From contig OZ320321.1 in assembly GCA_976226885.1 (NCBI GenBank), positions 27,962,001-28,026,000 of the forward strand: a stretch of DNA of 64,000 nt, read 5' to 3'. The notes below the pieces were generated by a model that saw only the letters and a list, made by a program, of their open reading frames with translations, ran no database searches and was not told the DNA's origin. This document shows, one piece after another, positions 35,671 through 47,973 of the stretch. Each line of letters begins with the position of its first letter. Positions within the stretch are counted from its first letter, which is position 1. Origin of the DNA: Iphione sp. A-MEVVRFRX5. Lineage: Eukaryota. Position numbers and translations under genes: made by a program.

Positions 35671-36834
35671 TTGACAGGCCGATAATGAGAAAGAGACCGT
35701 AACATAGTACATGTAGTGAATTTGACTGAAAATGTAAAACATCTGTGAACAGGAAAAATGACCTGTGTGAGTGTAAATGTGATTTAAAATGTATGCGTGG
35801 ACTATTCCCATGACTGACTCCCAGGACTGGCATGTTTCACCTAAAAGGATGCTCAGAAGAATGCTTCAAGGAAGGACACTAAACCCGATCCCCTCGTCTC
35901 GCCGCAAAAGGCTTCAAGTGCGACAACAAGTGAAAAACAGGAACAAATATTCAGTTGTTTTAATCATACACAAGCTGAGAAACTGAATAAAGGACATGCA
36001 TGTAGAATGCTGTTTGAACCTGTACACATCCAGAGAAACATTTTTTAAATCTTTATTTTATCTGGAATTTGTATACATAATGTACATTCAGGTTCCTACG
36101 GAATAAAGTAAAAAGCTGCTTGAACCTGTACACAGACAGACCGCGTAAAATTGGAGAGTTGTTTTAAATTTGTATACATGGGAACTACATGTACATAAAT
36201 GCAGGAAGCTGTCTGAATCTGTGCACAGACTGAGAGAAACAGAGAACAAATCAAAAACTCCCCCTCAACTGATACTCCATTACACTCTATCTAATCAACT
36301 TCCCGCCCTCATCGGACAGTGCACCTCATTTCAATTCACTCTATAAAATGTCTCCACATTGGATACCTCATTTAAACACCCACTATATTAGCTGAAAACT
36401 GACCCGGGAGTACAAATCAGTGAGCAGTTACAGAGACGAACATCTGTATAACCTACTTGGTTCCCCACCCTACCACCAGCTCCCCGCTCCCTTCAAATGT
36501 TCCTGCCATAGAATGCAGTGGAGATGTTTTGTATCTTGTCAAAACTCCTCATGAAGTTCACCTGTTTATTTTTCAGCTGCTAGAGCAGCAATATCAGTTC
36601 ATATTGCGATGCCTCCTCCAAATAGCCACAGGATGTCAACTGTGCGTGGCAACAGCCATTTGGAATTGTTCCTGTTCCGGTCACGTGATACGGACTCGGG
36701 CTCATTCGTCGAACTCGTCTTTTGTGCAGACATGGCTTATTGAAACGCTTTATGTTATTTTATGAAAGGCGGCTAACCTCGTTCTCATCTACACAGCATG
36801 CAAAGAACAGTCAGCTCGACTTTCACTGCCTCTG

Positions 36835-36885
36835 TGTGTGTGTGTGTGTGTGTGTGTGAGTGTGTGTGAGTGTGTGTGTGTGTGT
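36835..36885. repeat. (TG)n microsatellite
   Basis: Directly visible. Confidence 0.95.
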
Positions 36886-36967
36886 ACACCCCCACTCCGC
36901 TTTGTCCTCGGTAAACATATGGCTCCATATCTGAATTCAATGTATGGACAGGACACGTCAAGACGTG

Positions 36968-37396
36968 TTTATTTTTTCTTTTTTTTTATTCTATGAAGTC
37001 AATCACCAAAAAAGTGCATATATACACACAATGCATCTGGCATGCAGCCTGCCTTTTCAATTGAAAAGGCAGTAATGCAATAACATCAGAAAATAAAAAA
37101 AAACTAATCAAATATGCTTTGGAACCGGTACCTAACCTCCATGAAAGTAAATGGTATTGATCGACAACGAACTGAGTGTTTCAAACTATAGAACATAAAG
37201 GACCTGTACTAATGGTAACAGCTACCGAGAGAACTGAAATGCAACTCCCGCTACAAGGCCTGATAGAAATAAGAGCACTATTAAAGATACATTATTCACT
37301 GTATGAACATGCTAAGCTAACAGTCGATTGACAGTGCGCCATTTGATATACATGTACATATATATGGTCGCCCTGATGGAGAACAACTGGGACTTC
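36968..37396 (-). mobile_element. Possible retroposon 3'UTR remnant with poly(A) tail
   Basis: Poly-T with TTTATT at ~36968-36990; 24-bp palindrome ~60 bp inside; no coding remnant found. Confidence 0.4.
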
Positions 37397-37400
37397 TTAA

Positions 37401-39040
37401 CCCCTTACCGTCCAACAATGGTAAAATCGTACATATATGTATGATGGGTGTTAGTGTGCATGCTGTAGAATCATTTTTGAAAGTATTATCCCATAATTTT
37501 CAAAATAAACCCAAAATATGCATTTTACCTCAATCCTAACAAGAAAATTTATCAATATCCAGCAGGTCCCTTTTAATACTGGTCACATGACCTACATCAT
37601 TTGCATAAATTCAGTCAATGCTATGTTTAGCATTATACATATATGTTATGATGAAAGCAAGCCCTTGAATGTATGTATAATATATAGATTTGCAGTCTAT
37701 TTTGGAATAATACTATAGAATTTGAGTTAATGCTTGGTTTTCAGTAACTTTGTCAGAGTCTGCACTCTTACTTATTTAATAATACCAGTGTGCTTCGCAC
37801 GATTTTCGATCTCTCATCCAGATTTTCGGACGAAATTACCTTAGATTTGACGCTTTTCCGACGAATTCACCTGAGTTTTCCGGATTTTCGGACGATTATG
37901 CCTAAGTTTTGACAACTTTTAGACGAATTCACCTGAGTTTTGATGGTATTTTGGTGGAAATCACCTGAGTTTTTGCTAAAATCCGATTATATTCACGAAA
38001 AGCGTAAGTTCTCCGCGAACCAGAAATAACAGTCGTCCCGGTTCCCATACCTTGAGTTCGGACGAAATCGAGGTGGGGGTACCAGGAGGAGTTCGGAATG
38101 TTACTCAGAGTGTTGTCTAATCGAAATTTATAGACAAAAACCCTAAGAATAATGCTTTATGGAACGAAATTCGGGGAGAAATCCTTTAATATGTCAAAAT
38201 GAATATCTTAAATGGTCTAATCTCTCCCAATTGCAATGAACAATAATCGAATCGACACGATTCCGCCATTTTGAATTGCCTTTTTTTCCCAGAATTCACT
38301 TAACCAAACCGGATTTCCGAGAAGATGCCTTTTTATATAAGTAGTGTAATTAAATATAACAGACTGGTATCCATTACACCTCCACTAGCAATGGGCATAT
38401 ATATAATGAAAGGTATTACTTAGTGCTTTGTGATAGATACACACACAACATCTGCCAATTCCCTTGAAAATGTGTAATATTTTCTACAAAAATTACATAC
38501 AGAGAGCTTGACTGCCTGCTAGGAATTTAGATCTGGTCAAAATAATTGACTGAATATTTAATTTGTTTCCATGGTGACACCTGAAGCTCCTGATGCAGTA
38601 TCAGTGATGCAGCTAATGCCTGTGATTTGACATTTTTGGGGGTGATAGATGCAAATTGGCAGATTATGGTACAGTTTACTTAATACATGCACAATAACAA
38701 ATGAGGTATCAAAAGATTGCAAATCACTTACTGAATATTTTCTCAATAGTAAGTTTTTCTCTAAAAGCAATATTTATAACACTTTCTAGACATTTCCTGT
38801 CAATAAGTGGAAATTGATCATTATTTTGGTAAGAAATGGTCTATGTTCAGGACTCCCCTGTTACCATGGCAACTAAATTAAAAGAAGAAAATTAATGCTA
38901 AATCAAAGTGCAATTCCTGAGGTTTACAGTGATATATGATATGACATCAGTTCTCTTAGAATACTACTAACAGGAGGACAGCAAGTCTTTATCCTCTAGT
39001 CCCACTTTCAAAAACCTGGATTTACTTGGACGGCAAGGGG
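37401..39040. mobile_element. piggyBac-like TTAA MITE (1640 bp including a nested insert)
   Basis: TTAA at 37397-37400 and 39041-39044; TIRs CCCCTTACCGTCCAA / TTGGACGGCAAGGGG; shares GTATCAAAAGATTGCAAATCACTT and CCATGGCAAC blocks with 28474-29535. Confidence 0.9.
37781..38370. mobile_element. CpG-rich nested insertion (HINE-like or short-TIR element) inside the MITE
   Basis: Abrupt CpG-rich segment; ~30-bp internal repeats (GACGAATTCACCTGAGTTTT); 11-bp imperfect inverted ends ATACCAGTGTG / CAGACTGGTAT. Confidence 0.55.
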
Positions 39041-41228
39041 TTAACACTGAAAACGCTTCCATATTCACACTACTTATATAAAGCGTTGCCTGGAAGTAAT
39101 CCTGGCCTTAACTCCAGAAATCTTGTGAGATTTCATGAGACAAAATATCACTATGCCTGTGTATAAAGGGTACTCCCAGAGATGACATCAATTTGAAATA
39201 AAACTGTGCTGCTCAAAGATATGCTACCCCATAGGTACAGGGGGAGTCAACTATTCTGGTGAAGCATTATTAGCTTTTTGAATTCATCGCGAACCATTAT
39301 TTGCCTCCAAAATTAAGTGCTAAATGCTACAGAGGAATTTCTGGTGATCCGCTATCAAAATAAAACAATTGTTGGTGAAGCGTTATTTGCTCAGTTTCAA
39401 AGGCGATGAGCACTCTGAATTCTTGATGAATCATTATTGGGTATACGATGATCCCTCCGGTAAAGGAGATGAGCCTCTTCTTATAAGCACACTCCCACTT
39501 CTGGAAGCTCTGCCACAGTGATAGCTTACTGTCAATCTATTACTAAACCTGCTTTCCCCACCTCCTAGAAGCTGTTACAGTGATAGCCTAGTGACATCCA
39601 CAGGGTATCCATCTGTTACTGGAGTCACTCCCACTCTAATCACGTGGTCTGAGAGCTGCTCCTAAGGCCCTTTCCATGTGCTCTTCCGAGCTGTCTCCAG
39701 CAGTACTCTAGAAAGACTACACGTACTTGCCCTTGATCAATACAATCACCTAAGGTTAAAACTGACTACTACCCCACTGATCAGTGGTCAACTTAATTGC
39801 TTTGACAAGGTGACACAGACGACCAATGATGAAGGGAGTTAAGGTTGGACCCTGATGATCTACATCTCATGCGTACATGTACAGTAATCTCCAAACACCA
39901 CCCTTGTAATAGATACTGGTTGACATTGCCTGGTCATTGTACATGCTTTGATTTGATCTTTATCCTACGAATATGTAACCAATATGAAGGGGGATATGGT
40001 AGTTTCTGAACAGTTACTGCAGCTGTGACTCGTAGGTTCCTCAGGGGCCAAAAGCAGCCACGAATAAGTAGCATACTTGCAGAGCTATGTACCCCATGGG
40101 CATGGACTCATAGAGTCTCTCACCAACTTACCAGTGGTACGTTTCTAGACAACTCGCACCACATACAAACAAAACAATAACCAACTGTAATATAGTACCT
40201 CCCACCTAATGAATATAAATTAGGGGACAATCCCAGAAGCATCAGCCTAGATGGTTACCGCCATGTGCTCGCAATAACCACAATAGTTGTAATCAAGTTT
40301 ACCCAGTCATTATTCAACACACGCACACAACATAACACCAAGTGGCACCATAACCAACTCGTCTTCAACTGTTAACCTCTTCCCTTCGCCAACTCACACC
40401 CTGATGGTAACTTATTATACAATAACTATATAGAGGTGTTTGATTCAAGAGATTTCTGGATTGGCTGTATCGCGTAGGCATGATTCGCACCTCTCTCCTC
40501 TGAACGCTTTCAGTCCGGCCGTGGTCAATGCCACTGCATCATCAATCCTGTGTTGTTTCTTTTCTAACTGAGCTGAGCAGCTGTTCTTTCGAGCTCAAGG
40601 AGAGAGGTGGGCATTATGTTTAGTACTTCAATTTATGCGGAAAGCCGTGGGTCTTGCAGGGCTACTGGCGTACAAAACCAACGGAACAAACTTTAGGGAG
40701 CCTTATCAGATTGGCAAAGTGGAGTGTGCGTGTGTGTGTGTGTGTGTGTGCATGTACACATATGCGTGTGTTTGTGTGTGCGCATGTGTGTGTGTCTTGC
40801 ACTAAGAATACAGCAGTGAAGCCATCGATATAACTAGTGACAAGACCACGTAATCAGCAGGTAATGGTGGACGTGAGGACGCCATTGACACAATCACTGA
40901 TATCTCTGTTTGTATTAGATACTTCTCATGCTGGAATCATTGGTGCAACGTTCAGTGGAAAGCCATCTCAGGGACATGTCTCCAGTAGGGATACGTTTCT
41001 AATACAGAGACTTTGGGGGAAGGACAGCTTGGGTTTTTTATTACAAGAAGCATCTTAAAGCGACTATTATCAATGCTGAACAGTATGGTCCAAGGGTGTC
41101 CTGATCAGAGACTTTCCACTGTACAACCATCGGTGTAGACAGCCCAAAGCTGCCATTATAGAAGGTACTACTAAGTGGTTATTCAGTCTTAGTTGCAGTA
41201 TACTGTCGCTAGGTACCTTAACCTCCCA

Positions 41229-41830
41229 TGTAAAGTGTATAACGTAGAGCTTGCTAAGATTAACCATATTTAGTTGCATTACATCTTGTTTTCAAGAGCC
41301 TTCCATATACATGTACATTAAGAGGTAGCTCATATACATGTATACTGATGATTCGTCACAACTAATTGCACTTGCACTACATGTTGACGCTACCAAGAGT
41401 TTCTTATGTAAAGTGTATAACTTAGAGGTGAGTCCTATATCATGACAAATCATAATTAGTGGAGGTACGTTTACTTTTCAAGAGCCTTGCTTGAGAACTT
41501 AAAGATGGCCTATACATGACAAGGGTTGATCATACATATAATTGCACTACGCGCGGTTTCTCAGAGGCTTCCTTAAGAAGTATATTTGACTATGGCCTGG
41601 GGAAAAATAACGTAACACAAGTGATTCATGCATAATGAGGGTTAAGCATACTTAGCTGTAATCATAAGACAAGAGCTAGGTGCTGGTGGTGCGTGAGGAA
41701 AATAATCATACTGGGCTGTAGAGCTATGGGTCATTAAGAGCCTTCCATATACGGTGTACAACTTGGAAACTGGCCGATCATGTGACGAGGGCTGATCATA
41801 CTAAGCCACAGTGTGCGTGTATACACATAC
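41229..41830. repeat. Degenerate ~178-bp tandem repeat
   Basis: ATGTAAAGTGTATAAC at 41229 and 41407; AAGAGCCTT three times. Confidence 0.6.
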
Positions 41831-42872
41831 GCCAACGGAGGTCTAATGTTCAGCAATCTGCTTCATATGTACACACATGTATAATGCTGCACCTATGAAA
41901 GCCCAACGACAACAAGCTCGATATGCGCCACTTTCTGTTTGACTGCCCATGTAGAAGAACACATACATTCTAACCATGCCGCTTGTTTTGGTAAATGGAT
42001 TGGCATATGGATAACGTCAATGCAGACTCCGAGTACTGGCCTACAATCGCCTACATATGTGTCAAACCTGTATGCCGCGAGGTTGTTTCATGTATATGAG
42101 TAAAGACTTGGACAGACACAGTATGCTTTTGCTTCATAATTGTAAAGGCAGCAATACTTCTTTTGAACATCTCTGCATAGGAAAATTCTTTCATGCATAA
42201 GGGGTTGGGATGGTATATATGTTTTTTTTTATATTTTTCTTGGTTTGTGTTTTTTTCTTCGGTTGGGGGGGGGGGTGTTTGTATACACATCTAATACCCA
42301 TGTGAATCTGCCAGGCAGCTATTGACCGCTACACAGTAACATTACATTGTACTAAGTTTAAGACAATTTATTTGTTCCATTCCATCGTAGGACCCAAACA
42401 TCCCGCGTTATCTAACTAGTTACTGTCATACATGTATCAAACCTTCTGCAGCCACTATATGGCGTTAGGCACTCTGTATTACAAAAGAATAGTGTGCATG
42501 ATATCACTAAGGCCCGGTTTCCTTGTCTATGGATTTTCTCTCCAGACCACGGACTGTGTGGTACAGAAAAGAACAGTACTATGAGTTTGTACTGGGATGT
42601 TTCCATGTGTACGGGTACATGGTCCATAGTCCAAAGACGGAAAATGGACAATGTTTTTTCTCTTTTTTTTGTACCACAGACGTCCACGGACCAGCAGGAT
42701 AGAGAAATGGACCTTTTCAGCAGGGCAGGCACTATCATATAAGAGATGAAATGGAATATTTTCTAATTTGCATGAAAAAAATTGTCATTTACACAGATTC
42801 GGGCAGAATTCCTTCCGATCTGCACAAAAAACTTGACATTTACACAGATTTGGGCAGAATTCCTTCTCTATC

Positions 42873-42913
42873 CCCCCTCTCTTTCTCCCCCTCTCTCTCT
42901 GTCTCTCTTTCTC

Positions 42914-42949
<36 letters not shown>

Positions 42950-42980
42950 CCCTGTAGCTGCACCAAAGCAGTTATCTGTA

Positions 42981-43058
<78 letters not shown>
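42873..43058. repeat. (CT)n tract followed by a (GA)n microsatellite (42984-43058)
   Basis: Directly visible. Confidence 0.97.
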
Positions 43059-43063
<5 letters not shown>

Positions 43064-44135
43064 GTGTCTCTGTGCTTGTGTGGAAAACAGCTTGTTTTCC
43101 GGACCTCACACACAGTACAGAAAAATACCCGTGCACATGGAAACCAGGCCTCACTCAGTAGATAAGAGAGAACTACGTATGAGAATTTATTGTCACAAGT
43201 CTAAAACAAAAGATGAAATTCGTATGATATGGCAATACATCTATTAGAGGCCCAAATATGAATACAAAAGTAAAAGTGGTTGTATAATGAGCATGCTACC
43301 TCACGGGAAGGCTTTCCCATTGTGAACTGAGTCTAAATGATAATGTTAAAGAATCTGATAGCTCTGATGTTTTAAATTGGGCGCCGCTTTGTGGCGCCTT
43401 ATTACCGTCTTGGGTTTATCAACATAAAGTGTCTGTGTATGAATGTGTATGGAAGCTGTACACTATACTTACCGGTATCATTAAATCAACCATAACATGA
43501 CAAAAAGGAAGGTCAACAAACATCATCTACATCTTGTCTAAGAGAGAACTAAAATGCATGCAACATGGTACGCCTCTTAACTCCTCCATTAAAGAACTTC
43601 GCTGGAATAACAGAATCAATCAAGCCAAATCGGAAAGATCTCGAGTGACCCAACTCTACGACACTGTTTTTTCCCCTGTCAGGAATCTATCATTATATCG
43701 AATTAAAAATGTAATTTACAAAATTCAGTCCGCATACTACCTCTGTATATCTGTATCATATATGCATTATCAGCTGGAAGGTGCAAAGGATGCTTGAGAA
43801 AATGAATGTCGAATTATGAGAAGTGATATTTAATGTAATAATATGCAGCGTGATACCGCATACATAACACAACGACCGATCACAAGTGTCTTAGTAGCCG
43901 CATGTATATTTATATCCCCATATACATCTGAGTCAAATTTACGTCCTTTAAACGACACGTTGACTCAATCTGATTAGCTTTATTTCGATAAATGATCAGA
44001 ATTAGCCGCAGATCCCCATATTCTTGATCACTAACTGACACATGATCACATGCCGAACAGTCTATTTTCAGTCTCTAGCTTGAGATATGTGTGGCTGTGA
44101 GATGTTGCCATAATAAAAACCAACACGGTACTCAC

Positions 44136-44289
44136 CGAAAATAAAAACGCATCCTGGAGATCCGTCGATCTTCTTGGCCTGAGGCCCTACTCTGACACTA
44201 ATCTTGGGTCTCCTGTCGAACGGCACCACCTTGCCGTTGGAGCTTTCTCCAGCACCGCTCTTTACCTCCGTGCTACCTCCACAACCCAT
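44136..44289 (-). CDS. Adenylate-kinase-like gene, coding exon 1 (N-myristoylation/palmitoylation motif MGCGGS)
   Basis: ATG at 44289; donor TTCG|gtgagt at 44136/44135; phase-1 splice to 25844 completes the P-loop across an 18,291-bp intron. Confidence 0.85.
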
Positions 44290-44610
44290 CCTGCTGCCTT
44301 TTCAGCACGTTCTCAAAGAGTTCCTGTCCGCTAGCTTTCATTGCCTGTCAAAGTAATGACACCCGTGCGCTCTCGACGCCATTTTTTCCCCTCATCCGAT
44401 GTACTACTACTATTTACGGTTCCCACTATGACAGGTGCCCGCTAAACTTGGCCGTGTGCCCGTCTGCTTCTCTTTATTGTTGCTATGGTGATCTACCCCG
44501 TTCCCAGACGACCCTCACATGGATCGTGGTAAAATCGGGGCAGTGAGACATTGCGCATGCGCACCGTATACAGCAGCCTCCATCACGTGACAGATGTCAA
44601 AATGGCAGAG
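44290..44610. promoter_or_regulatory. Bidirectional promoter between the AK-like and V-ATPase C genes
   Basis: CpG-rich. YY1-like AAAATGGCG (minus, 44377-44385) and AAAATGGC (plus, 44599-44606); X-box GTTGCTATGGTGAT 44479-44492; NRF1 TGCGCATGCGCA 44552-44563; E-box/CLEAR TCACGTGA 44583-44590. Confidence 0.75.
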
Positions 44611-44735
44611 AAAGGTTGTTGATTTGAGGTGATACTGGGAAAGAACTAGCTATATAGCAAGTTCAGGCGAAGATTTTAATCGGTGTTGCCACATAAAAAG
44701 CCGACTTTATAGTTATTTCGTATCGAGAGCACCAG
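44600..44735 (+). other. ATP6V1C1: Predicted non-coding exon 1 of the V-ATPase subunit C gene
   Basis: Donor CAG|gtatgt at 44735/44736 just downstream of the promoter motifs; the next acceptor (ttccag at 46368) precedes the ATG by 8 nt; TSS approximate. Confidence 0.65.
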
Positions 44736-46376
44736 GTATGTTATTTGATGTCTACTAAGGGCTCGGGAATCTGATTTCGATCGCCGCTTTCAATAATCAG
44801 TGACATTATTATTGACATCCCTGACTTGCCGTTTTCTTAAAGCTTCAATGTGATTTTCATTGTAAATTCTCCTCCAAATTAATATTATATGTGCCTCATA
44901 TATTTACTAACGGAAAAATACATTTCATAGCAGTCGCATGACTGCCACTGTGCGTTCAAAGTGTATAGGAAGGACGTTGACATTGTCAGGATTGTCGTTG
45001 TCGAATAGTTTTTAAAGAAGTGTAGTCTACGGGTCAAATGTCGGTGGTCTTGTGATCTCTCCTGTAACTTGTGTATACTCGACACTCTTTAGGCTATAGT
45101 TTTACATCTTTGAGTCGTCTTAGAGAATTTTGTACTGACGTCTCTATGTATTAAAGAAAGGCAATCGGATTTTAGTGAAGGTTCCTCCACATCATTTAAA
45201 CCTAAGAAGTGGGTGTGGCATATTCATCCACAGGTTGCGTTCTCTAAGTTCTTACAGTCTTAGTGTTGTAACTGATTTCTTGTGTCGCATTACACTGGTC
45301 TTGGTTTCATTATCAAAGCACAGAAGGTCATAAGATGCCCAACAAATGTTGAATGTTTCCGTCACAGCTTCGTTACATTGCTGTGTTTCAGTATTGAATA
45401 TACAGCACTTATAAATGCACACGTACATGAACATTTAATCTTAGTAATAGAAACCATACATTGATGGTACCCCAGGAAACATGCACCATAGAAATAAATC
45501 ACTTTTCTTGAACAAATTACACAACTGTAAAATTGCTAGCTTTTTCCAGTATGGGGTGGGGGCTACTTTCTTTCAGCAAAACTAATGCATGTCCAATCAA
45601 CCCCTTCCTGTTGTGAGATGGTCTGAGCATCAGCAAAATGCCTTCAGACCTCAGCAGTTTTCTATAAGAAAGAGTAATGTACCATCAACAATTGAGACGG
45701 ATTTTTATGGATGGTGATCAGCGTCATGTGTGTGATCATTAACTTCTTGATATGATTTATGTAAACGGCTTATGTGAGCTCAGAACAGCATAATGATGGA
45801 TATCAAGGCTGCAGCAGAAAAGTTAGGCAGTTCATTTCAACACGCAGTTCTGAGGTAGCATATTCCATCCAAGGATGTGTCAAAGGGAGAACAGAGATTT
45901 GAAAGACCCTAAATATCCCATCCAAGGTTGAGAGGATCGAAGTTTTTTGTGTCTGTACATAGTTTTAAGACATCCTGTTCCTTTCAAGGTTAAATATATT
46001 AAAGTGTTTTGGAAGTGAAAATAGATCTAAGATACTTTTAATTTCCTGTCCAGCTGAGAGTATCGAAGCGTTTTGTTACTTGATAATTCTGTTTTTGCCT
46101 TGTTTTGAAGAAACAGGAGGGAGTGGATCCTAACTGTGGTTAATTTTGTGCACCCGCCAAGAGGAAGTCTGCATACCCTTTTAAAACTGCTATTGTATCA
46201 TACCAAAATGCACTATAGAAAACCAGCAATACATCTTCTGATACCATTACCCGAGTATCAGACAAGTTGAAAGTTGGTCACTCGTCCTTAATAAATTCAT
46301 GTTTTATTCCATTTTGTCATCTGAAAATGCAGAGGACGAACATGACGTATTTGCTTGCATTCTTCCAGTTAAAAAA

Positions 46377-47911
46377 ATGAATACAAACAGCAACGACTTC
46401 TGGCTCATCAGCGCCCCTGGCGAAAAAACATGTCAGCAGACATGGGAAAGGATCAACAATTTAACAGCTAAGCAGAATAAATTCTCAGTAAACCACAAGT
46501 TTCATATTCCTGATCTGAAGGTAAGCAAAAAATATCGCAAGAAGCCCCATGTGATACAGTGTATATATACATATATGTGTAAACATAATTTGCTAAGGGA
46601 AAATGTTTTGGCATATATCTTCATATATATTTATATTTAAAATGCAAATTGATTTCAATGCAAATTGATACCTGTAACGATAAGGCAATAAAAAGTGTTT
46701 ATTAAAGGGATATGTATCGGCCTTCACAGAAATATTAATTTTATTCCCATATTTATATTGGCAGTGGATTACATATTTCTTGGCTTCTTTTGAAAACGAA
46801 CAAGTGACATGTATACTTGCTTATGGCCATTGCTTTCTTTTAGGTGGGAACTTTAGACGTGCTTGTGGGCCTTTCCGACGAACTGGGAAAACATGATGTC
46901 TTTTGTGAAAGGTGCGTTGAAAAAAATATGAACTCTTATACAGTAATTTAATTTTCTCATTCAACAGATAAATATTCTTAATCCCATTCGATGACTCTTG
47001 TATTACAATAGTTAAACTGATTTATTTTCAGCATTCTGCGTCTTTACAGGCAGACTATCATTAGGAATATAATTTTCCTATTTTCAGTGTTGCGCGAAAA
47101 GTTGCTGGCTACTTGGGAGAAGTATTAGAAGAACAAAAAGATAAACTCCAAGAGAATTTGCTTGCAGATAACAGTGAGTACTGTTGAAATATTGCAAGTA
47201 TATAAATCATGTTGCGGTCTGTGTGAAAAATTCCGTAGCATGCTTCCAGTTCATTGCTGTATTTGGTCTTATGTAACTTAGATACTAAGGAATGCTGCTG
47301 GTTGACTGTCCGATCTGCCATCACACTCTTGTGGATTTTATTAACCTCAAACCTTCAGTCAGATCAACTGATTTTGATATATGGTGCTTATGTACATGGA
47401 CCTATGGCACTAGGTAATTTGTCCCCCGCCTCATAGAGGGGGGGACATTAGGAATGCTGTTGGCTGGTGTCCTGACCATCTGTCACACTCTTGTGGTTCT
47501 TATAAGTCTCAAACTCTTCACTCAAAAAAACTGATTTTAATATATGATGTTGGTATATATGGCCCCATAGAACTGGGTAATTTTGATATTGCCAATTATG
47601 CCAATTTTACTCTTTTCCTAACACACCAACATACATACCTGGTTCAGGGGTTCCTAGGTCTGACAATGCACATACATGCACACATACACACTCACCAATA
47701 TCTCCCTTCTACCAGTATCAGCTTGTAGTAGTCTGGTGCTCAGTCATGCAGAACTGAGAGTTGTAAACCTGAAGGACTTAAAGAAGCCCAGCCAACCACC
47801 CCAAAACAAGGTGCAAATCAAGGTGGTTGTAAAGAGAGAGAGAGAGACTCCACACACACACACAGACACACTCACTCTCTCTATCCCCCCTCTCTTTCTC
47901 TCTTCCCTCCT

Positions 47912-47973
<62 letters not shown>

